From Candidatus Geohabitans tengchongensis (GTDB lineage Bacteria > Sysuimicrobiota > Sysuimicrobiia > Sysuimicrobiales > Humicultoraceae), in the NCBI GenBank assembly GCA_031459625.1, contig JAVKIH010000011.1, forward strand, positions 3,010 through 67,009: a stretch of DNA of 64,000 nucleotides, given 5' to 3'. The position numbers and the translations under genes were made by a program. The first letter of the stretch is position 1, and the number at the start of each line of letters is the position of its first letter. The notes beneath the pieces were generated by a model. It saw nothing but the letters and a program-made list of their open reading frames with translations. It made no database searches and was not told the DNA's origin. This document shows, piece after piece, positions 58,573-64,000 of this stretch.

Positions 58573-59382
58573 ATGAGCGTGTTCGTGGCTTCACGGGAGT
58601 GGGCGGCGCGGATGCGGATGCGCCTGCCGGCCGGGATACGCCCGGACCGCTACCGCCTGGCCCGGTGGGGCTCGCTGCTGCTCTGCCTGGTCGGGTGGGA
58701 GGCGCTGGGACGGCGCGCCGCCGGGACGCTGACCCTCCCGCCGGCCTCGGCGGTGCTGCAGGCCCTGGCCCGGCAACTGACGGACGCGCGGTTCTGGGCG
58801 GCGTGCGCCACGACGCTGGAGGCGCTGGCGGTGGGGCTGGTCCTGCTGGTCGCCCTCGGCATCCCGCTGGGCCTCGCCTGCGGCCGCTACCCGCTGGCGG
58901 GGCGGATCGCCGAGCCGTACCTGGGCTTCCTGCTGGCGGTGCCGGCTTCGCCCATGGTTCCGGTCTTCGTCATCGCCTTCGGCATCGGGCTGGCCGCGCG
59001 CGTGGCCACCATCGTCGCCTTCGCCCTGCCGCTGCTCATCCTGAACACCGCCGCCGGGGTGCGGCTGGCGCCGGTCCGGCTGGTGGAGATGGCCCGGTCC
59101 TTCGGCGCCGGGGAGGGGATGGTCTTCCGGCGGGTGATTCTGCCGGCGGCGATGCCGGCCATCGGCGCCGGGCTGCGGCTGGCCTCCGCCCGGGCGGTGG
59201 TGGGGATGGTCGTCTCGGAGCTGATCATCATCGCGGTGGGGCTGGGGCGGCTCATCAGCACCTACAGCGCCACCTTCGACAACGCCAACCTCTTCGCCGT
59301 GGTCCTGGCCGTCCTGGGCATCGGGCTGGGCGTGGCGCGGCTGATGACGTGGGTGGAACGGAGGCTGGCCCCGTGGAGCTGA
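58573..59382 (+). CDS. ABC permease, SsuC/TauC-like
   Basis: LPPASAV, LVEMARSFGA, VILPAAMP, GLRLA. Confidence 0.9.
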   Translation: MSVFVASREWAARMRMRLPAGIRPDRYRLARWGSLLLCLVGWEALGRRAAGTLTLPPASAVLQALARQLTDARFWAACATTLEALAVGLVLLVALGIPLGLACGRYPLAGRIAEPYLGFLLAVPASPMVPVFVIAFGIGLAARVATIVAFALPLLILNTAAGVRLAPVRLVEMARSFGAGEGMVFRRVILPAAMPAIGAGLRLASARAVVGMVVSELIIIAVGLGRLISTYSATFDNANLFAVVLAVLGIGLGVARLMTWVERRLAPWS

Positions 59383-60152
59383 TCGTCCCCGCCATCGAGG
59401 TGCGAGAGGTGGTGAAGGCCTTCCGCGGCCCGGAGGGCGAGCCGCTGCCGGTGCTGGAGCGCCTGAGCTTCGTCGTCCCGCCGCGGCAGTTCGTCGCCGT
59501 CATCGGCCCGAGCGGCTGCGGGAAGACGACGCTGCTGCGCGTGCTGGACGGGCTGACCCCGGCCGACGGCGGCGAGGTGCGGGTCTTCGGCCGCCGCGTC
59601 ACCGGTCCGGGCCCGGATCGGGCGGTGGTCTTCCAGGACTTCGCCCTGCTGCCCTGGGCCACCGTGCTGGAGAACGTCGCCTTCCCGCTGGAGATCCGGC
59701 GCATCCCCTCGCCGGAGCGCGAGCGCCGCGCGCGCGCCGCCATCGCGCTGGTGGGGCTGGACGGTTTCGAGGGCTACTACCCCCAGGCGCTGTCGGGCGG
59801 GATGCAGCAGCGGGTGGGACTGGCCCGGGCCCTGGTGGTGGACCCGCAGGTGCTCCTGCTGGACGAGCCCTTCGGGGCGCTGGACGCGCAGACCCGGATG
59901 CTGCTGCAAGACGAGCTGCTGGCCCTGTGGCAGCGGCGCCCGACCACCGTCGTGCTCGTCACCCATGACATGGCCGAGGCGGTCTACCTGGCCGACCGGG
60001 TGCTGGTGATGAGTCCGCGCCCGGGGCGGATCATCGAGGAGGTGCCGATTCCCCTGCCGCGGCCGCGGGACCAGAGCGTGCGCCGTTCGGCGCGCTTCGC
60101 CGAGCTCGTGGAGGAGGTGTGGGCGTGCCTGCGGGGCTTCGTGCGCCTGTGA
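59373..60152 (+). CDS. ABC ATP-binding protein, SsuB/TauB-like
   Basis: GPSGCGKT, LLPWATV, LSGGMQQR, DEPFGALDAQTR, SPRPGRI. Confidence 0.93.
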   Translation: MELIVPAIEVREVVKAFRGPEGEPLPVLERLSFVVPPRQFVAVIGPSGCGKTTLLRVLDGLTPADGGEVRVFGRRVTGPGPDRAVVFQDFALLPWATVLENVAFPLEIRRIPSPERERRARAAIALVGLDGFEGYYPQALSGGMQQRVGLARALVVDPQVLLLDEPFGALDAQTRMLLQDELLALWQRRPTTVVLVTHDMAEAVYLADRVLVMSPRPGRIIEEVPIPLPRPRDQSVRRSARFAELVEEVWACLRGFVRL

Positions 60153-60919
60153 GGCGCCCCTGGCCGGACCGGCAGCGTCGGGCGGCCGAACGCACCCCCT
60201 GGGTCCTGACGCTGGTCCCGCTCGCCGCGGGCTGGGAGGTGGTGGGCCGCTCGGGGCGCTTCCCCTTCGTCCCACCGCTCTCCCGGGTGGCGGACGCGGC
60301 CGTGCTGCTGGCCGCGCGCGGGGAGCTGTGGCGGCACGGCCTGCGCACCCTGGCCGCGGTGCTGGCGGGGTTCGCCCTGGCCGCCCTGGTGGGGACGGTG
60401 CTGGGCGTCCTCATGGGGCGCTCCCGCTGGGTGGACGCCGTGGCGGGCCTGTACGTCGACCTCTTCCAGGTCACCCCCGCCGCCGCCAAGGTGCCGGTGC
60501 TCATCCTCCTCTTCGGCCTGGGGCCGGAGAGCATCCTGGCCACGGTGGTGCTCTTCAGCGTCTTCGTGGTAACGGTGAACGTCCGCGCCGGCGTGCGGGC
60601 CGTGCCGCCGGGGCTGGTGGAGATGGCGCGTGCCTTCGGCGCCGGGGAGGCGGTGCTGCTGCGGCGGGTCGTCCTCCCCGCTGCGCTGCCGCTCGTCCTG
60701 ACCGGGTTGCGCGCGGGGATCGGCCGGGCCGTGAACGGCGCGGTCCTCGGCGAGATGCTCATCTCCATCGTGGGGATCGGCGGGCTGCTCATGTACTACG
60801 GGGGCGCCTTCCGCATGGACGTGCTCTGTGCGTTGATCCTGGGGATCGCCCTGCTGGCCACCGCCCTCATGGGGGCGGTGCGGGCGGTGGAGCGGCGGGT
60901 CCTGCGCTGGACCCTCTGA
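60149..60919 (+). CDS. Second ABC permease, SsuC/TauC-like
   Basis: LVEMARAFGA, VVLPAALP, GIGG. Confidence 0.9.
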   Translation: MRRPWPDRQRRAAERTPWVLTLVPLAAGWEVVGRSGRFPFVPPLSRVADAAVLLAARGELWRHGLRTLAAVLAGFALAALVGTVLGVLMGRSRWVDAVAGLYVDLFQVTPAAAKVPVLILLFGLGPESILATVVLFSVFVVTVNVRAGVRAVPPGLVEMARAFGAGEAVLLRRVVLPAALPLVLTGLRAGIGRAVNGAVLGEMLISIVGIGGLLMYYGGAFRMDVLCALILGIALLATALMGAVRAVERRVLRWTL

Positions 60920-60947
60920 GCGGCGCCCCGTCGAGGAGGCAGACCTG

Positions 60948-61844
60948 ATGGAGGGGCGGTACGAGACCATCCTGGTGAGGGACGACGACGGGATCGTGAC
61001 GGTCACCTTCAACCGGCCCGAGAAGAAGAACGCCATGAACCCCACGCTGCACCGGGAGATGCACGCGGCGCTCACGGCCCTGGCCGCGGACGACCGGGTG
61101 CGCGTGCTGGTCATCACCGGAGCGGGGGACGCCTTCAGCGCCGGAATGGACCTGAAGGAGTACTTCTACGACCTCAAGGACCGGCCCCGGGAGGTGGACC
61201 GCAACCGCGTCATCTCCCAGGAGTGGCGCGACCGCAAGCTGCGGCTCTTCCCCGCGCCCACCATCGCCATGGTGAACGGGTACTGCTTCGGCGGGGCGCT
61301 GCCGGTGGTGGCGGCCTGCGACCTGGCCCTGGCCGCCGAGGAGGCGCTCTTCGGCCTCTCCGAGGTGAACTTCAAGGGCATCCCGGCCGGGCCGGTGGCC
61401 ATGGCCATGGGGCGCGTCCTCCACCCGCGCGACGCCCTGTGGCACATGCTGCTGGGCGAGCCGTTCGACGGCCGCCGGGCGGCGGAGCTGAAGCTGGTGA
61501 ACCGGGCGGTGCCGCGGGCGCAGCTGGCCGCGGAGACCTACGCCGTGGCCGCCGCCCTGCGGGCGAAAGACCCCCACGCGCTGCGCCTGACCAAGGAGCT
61601 CTTCCGCCACAGCCTGGGGATGGACCCCGACGCCGCGCTGGCCTTCGCCAACGCCAAGGTGCGGGAGCTGACCTACCTGCAGCAGGGGGGCTGGATCGAG
61701 GAAGGCATCGGGGCGTTCCTGGCGGGGCGGTCGCGGCCGGGGTTGGGGGCGGAGGGCGTCGCGTCCGATCCGGACGCAATACCCTCCTCCACGACCGACC
61801 GCCCTGGTCGCCACGACGTGCCGCCGCCTCCAGGGGGGCGCTGA
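60948..61844 (+). CDS. p-hydroxycinnamoyl-CoA hydratase/lyase-like crotonase (HCHL/Ech)
   Basis: NRPEKKNAMNPTL, AGMDLKEYF, PTIAMVNGYCFGG, FGLSEVN, C-terminal FL..RSRPGL, matching the recalled HCHL pattern. Confidence 0.85.
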   Translation: MEGRYETILVRDDDGIVTVTFNRPEKKNAMNPTLHREMHAALTALAADDRVRVLVITGAGDAFSAGMDLKEYFYDLKDRPREVDRNRVISQEWRDRKLRLFPAPTIAMVNGYCFGGALPVVAACDLALAAEEALFGLSEVNFKGIPAGPVAMAMGRVLHPRDALWHMLLGEPFDGRRAAELKLVNRAVPRAQLAAETYAVAAALRAKDPHALRLTKELFRHSLGMDPDAALAFANAKVRELTYLQQGGWIEEGIGAFLAGRSRPGLGAEGVASDPDAIPSSTTDRPGRHDVPPPPGGR

Positions 61845-61871
61845 ACGCCCGTCGGCGGCGGGGAGGGATCC

Positions 61872-63446
61872 GTGACCACCGCAGCTCCCGTACCCTCTGC
61901 GCTGTCCTCGGGCTCCGTGCCGATCGAAGAGGAGCCCTACGTGCACCTGCGCCTGGAGGACGGTGGGGTGACGGTGCGGGGGAACCCGGCGGTGACGTTG
62001 GGTCACCGGGTTCCCCGGGGAGCGGGGGAGAAGCCGGACGGCGTCTTCGCAGCCTGGTCCTGGGACGGCCGTGTCCTGCGCGTGGAGAACGACCGCTACG
62101 GGTGCTATCCGCTGTACTATGCCGCCGCTCCGGGCGAGCTCCGCCTCTCTCCCTCCATCCCGCGGCTTCTGCGCGCCGGGGTGTCGCGGGAAGTGGACGA
62201 GACGGCCCTCGGCGTCTTCCTGCGGCTGGGCTACTTTCTGGACGATGAAACACCGTTCCGGGCCATCCGGGCCGTGCCGCCCGACGCGACGTTCATCTGG
62301 CGCGACGGGCAGCTCGAGGTCAGCGGGCGCTACGCCGGCAGCCCGGAGCAGACCATCACCCGGAGGGCCGCCATCGACGCCTACGTCGAGCTGTTCCGGC
62401 AGGCGATCCGCCGCCGTCCCCCGACGGAGGAGGCGGTGGTGACCCTGAGCGGCGGGCGGGATTCCCGGCACATCCTCCTGGAACTGTGCGCACAGGGCAC
62501 CCCACCCCGGCGGTGCGTCACCACCTACCGGTCCTTTCCGTCCATGCTGGGCCGTCACGCGCCCAGCGAGGACGTGGAGCTCGCCCGGGCCCTGGCCGAA
62601 GCCGTCAGGGTGGAGCACGTGCTGGTCCCGCAGTCCCCTTCGGCGCTGCGCGCCGAGCGCCGCAAGAACCTGCTGACCGGCTTCTGCACAGACGAGCATG
62701 GGTGGTACGTCGCGGTGGCCGACTACCTGAAGGGCCACGCCACGGCCGTGTACGACGGGATCGCCGGCGACGGGCTCTCCGAGGACCCGCTGCTCGACGC
62801 GGAGGGGCTGCGCCTCTACCGGGAGGGGCGGCTGGGCGAGCTGGCAGACCGCTGGCTCGACGAGCGGGAGGAGGCTCTCCTCCGCACGCTCATCCCGCCG
62901 ATGTGGGCGGGGGCGGCCGACCGCGACCGGGTCCACGCGCGCCTGGTGGCGGAGCTGCGCGCCTTCGCGGGCGCGCCCAATCCGGTGGGGACCTTCCTCT
63001 TCTGGAGCCTCACCCGCCGCGAGACCGCCCTGGCCCCCTACGGCCTGCTGCGCGGGGTCGACCTCGTCTACAGTCCCTACCTGGACCACGATCTCTACGA
63101 CTTCCTGACGTCGCTGCCTGGGGAGATGCTGCTGGGCCACCGGTTCCACACGGAGACGATCGCGCGGGGGCATCCCCGCTACGCCGCCTTTCCCTACCCC
63201 TCGAAGGATGCGGCGGCCCTGCGGCGGCCGGTGCGTCATCGGTCCTTCACCCTGGAGGTGCTCCGCGAGGTGCTCGCCCGGCCCACGGCGTTCCGGGCGA
63301 CGCTGGTCCCCACACTCCTCGCCGCGCTGGCCCGGGGAGCCCCCCGCTGGGTGTTGCCGGTCGTCGTCTACCTCATGCAGCTCGAGGAGGTCTGCCGCGA
63401 CCTGCCGGCGTGGTGGCGGGCCGGTGAGCCCGGCGAGGGGGCCTGA
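61872..63446 (+). CDS. Asparagine synthetase-like protein lacking the N-terminal Cys
   Basis: DGVFA, DRYGCYPLYY, TPFRAI..VPP, LSGGRDSR, DGIAGD, SPYLD. Confidence 0.82.
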   Translation: MTTAAPVPSALSSGSVPIEEEPYVHLRLEDGGVTVRGNPAVTLGHRVPRGAGEKPDGVFAAWSWDGRVLRVENDRYGCYPLYYAAAPGELRLSPSIPRLLRAGVSREVDETALGVFLRLGYFLDDETPFRAIRAVPPDATFIWRDGQLEVSGRYAGSPEQTITRRAAIDAYVELFRQAIRRRPPTEEAVVTLSGGRDSRHILLELCAQGTPPRRCVTTYRSFPSMLGRHAPSEDVELARALAEAVRVEHVLVPQSPSALRAERRKNLLTGFCTDEHGWYVAVADYLKGHATAVYDGIAGDGLSEDPLLDAEGLRLYREGRLGELADRWLDEREEALLRTLIPPMWAGAADRDRVHARLVAELRAFAGAPNPVGTFLFWSLTRRETALAPYGLLRGVDLVYSPYLDHDLYDFLTSLPGEMLLGHRFHTETIARGHPRYAAFPYPSKDAAALRRPVRHRSFTLEVLREVLARPTAFRATLVPTLLAALARGAPRWVLPVVVYLMQLEEVCRDLPAWWRAGEPGEGA

Positions 63447-63451
63447 CGTCC

Positions 63452-64000
63452 GTGTACCACGTTACCCTCGACGGCTTCCGCGGGTACCGTTCGCGCTTCG
63501 ACGACATTCGGCTCGTCCAGGAAGTCCTGGAGGGACTGCCCGTGATCCTCGAGTTGCAGCCGACGATGCCGGCGTTCCTGCTCCCCTACTACAACGGCGT
63601 GGTCCCCGAGGACTGCGGCATCAGCGCGTTCGTGTTCCTGGAAGGCGGCCACTGCACCATCCACACCTTCTCCTTCCGTGAGACGTATTTTGCTGACGTC
63701 GTCTCGCCGCGGGCGTTCGATGCCGAGCGGCTGTATCGGCACTTGCAGGCCGCCTTCCCGTGCGCCATCACCGCTGTCAGTGCCCTGTCCCGTGACGGGA
63801 CTCCGGTCGAGGCGCCCGAGGCGGACCCGGAGGCCGACTTCGGCCCGCACTACTTCCTGGACCTCATGGACTACGCCGGCCCGGCCCACCTGGACGAGGT
63901 GTTCGACCTGTTCGACCGGCTGCCGGGGGTGATCGGGATGACACCGATCATGCGTCCGTACGTCCTGCGGGGCCGGACGGCGGACGGCCGGCAGCACGTT
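63452..64000 (+). CDS. Tandem-domain S-adenosylmethionine decarboxylase (SpeD)-like protein, partial
   Basis: Manual translation from GTG 63452: MYHVTLDGF...EDCGISAFVFLEGGHCTIHTFSFRETYFADVVSPRAFD, then a second domain FGPHYFLDL...LFDRLPGVIGMTPIMRPY; open to the window edge. Confidence 0.8.
   Translation, partial: MYHVTLDGFRGYRSRFDDIRLVQEVLEGLPVILELQPTMPAFLLPYYNGVVPEDCGISAFVFLEGGHCTIHTFSFRETYFADVVSPRAFDAERLYRHLQAAFPCAITAVSALSRDGTPVEAPEADPEADFGPHYFLDLMDYAGPAHLDEVFDLFDRLPGVIGMTPIMRPYVLRGRTADGRQHV

Noticed and set aside
61872..63446. Lasso peptide cyclase
   Set aside because: AsnB-like, but no leader peptidase, RRE protein or precursor peptide is visible in the window.
23119..64000. tRNA-anchored mobile island or prophage
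   Set aside because: No integrase, transposase, phage gene or distal att repeat seen; only a short local duplication.

Overview
High-GC bacterial window with almost every gene on the + strand, in four blocks. (1) 1-481: the 5' end of a divergent glutaryl-CoA-type acyl-CoA dehydrogenase. (2) 680-22900: an inositol catabolic locus with Thermotoga-type IolM/IolN/IolO, a Bacillus-type IolI, a Gfo/Idh/MocA dehydrogenase, one sugar ABC system, two AfuABC/FbpABC-family ABC systems and a HAD phosphatase. It ends in an FGGY kinase, a class I aldolase, Hyi and GarR. I infer that this terminal set is an undescribed lower pathway that phosphorylates and cleaves a 5-keto-hexonate to DHAP + tartronate semialdehyde. 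(3) 23035-53289: tRNA-Asp, an orphan NarL/LuxR response regulator and a ~28 kb Wzx/Wzy exopolysaccharide locus. The locus has a degenerate BY-kinase, an internal NusG paralog and many tailoring enzymes (4 deacetylases, 2 GNATs, formyltransferase, ATP-grasp, CapK-like ligase). (4) 53286-64000: a CoA-transferase pair, acyl-CoA dehydrogenase, NMT1-type ABC system and hydroxycinnamoyl-CoA hydratase-lyase-like gene, then an asparagine-synthetase-like gene and a truncated tandem-domain SpeD-like gene. No CRISPR, rRNA, integrase or transposase was seen. Family calls come from motifs read by eye and from recalled reference sequences; no searches were run, and several start codons are my choice within longer ORFs.
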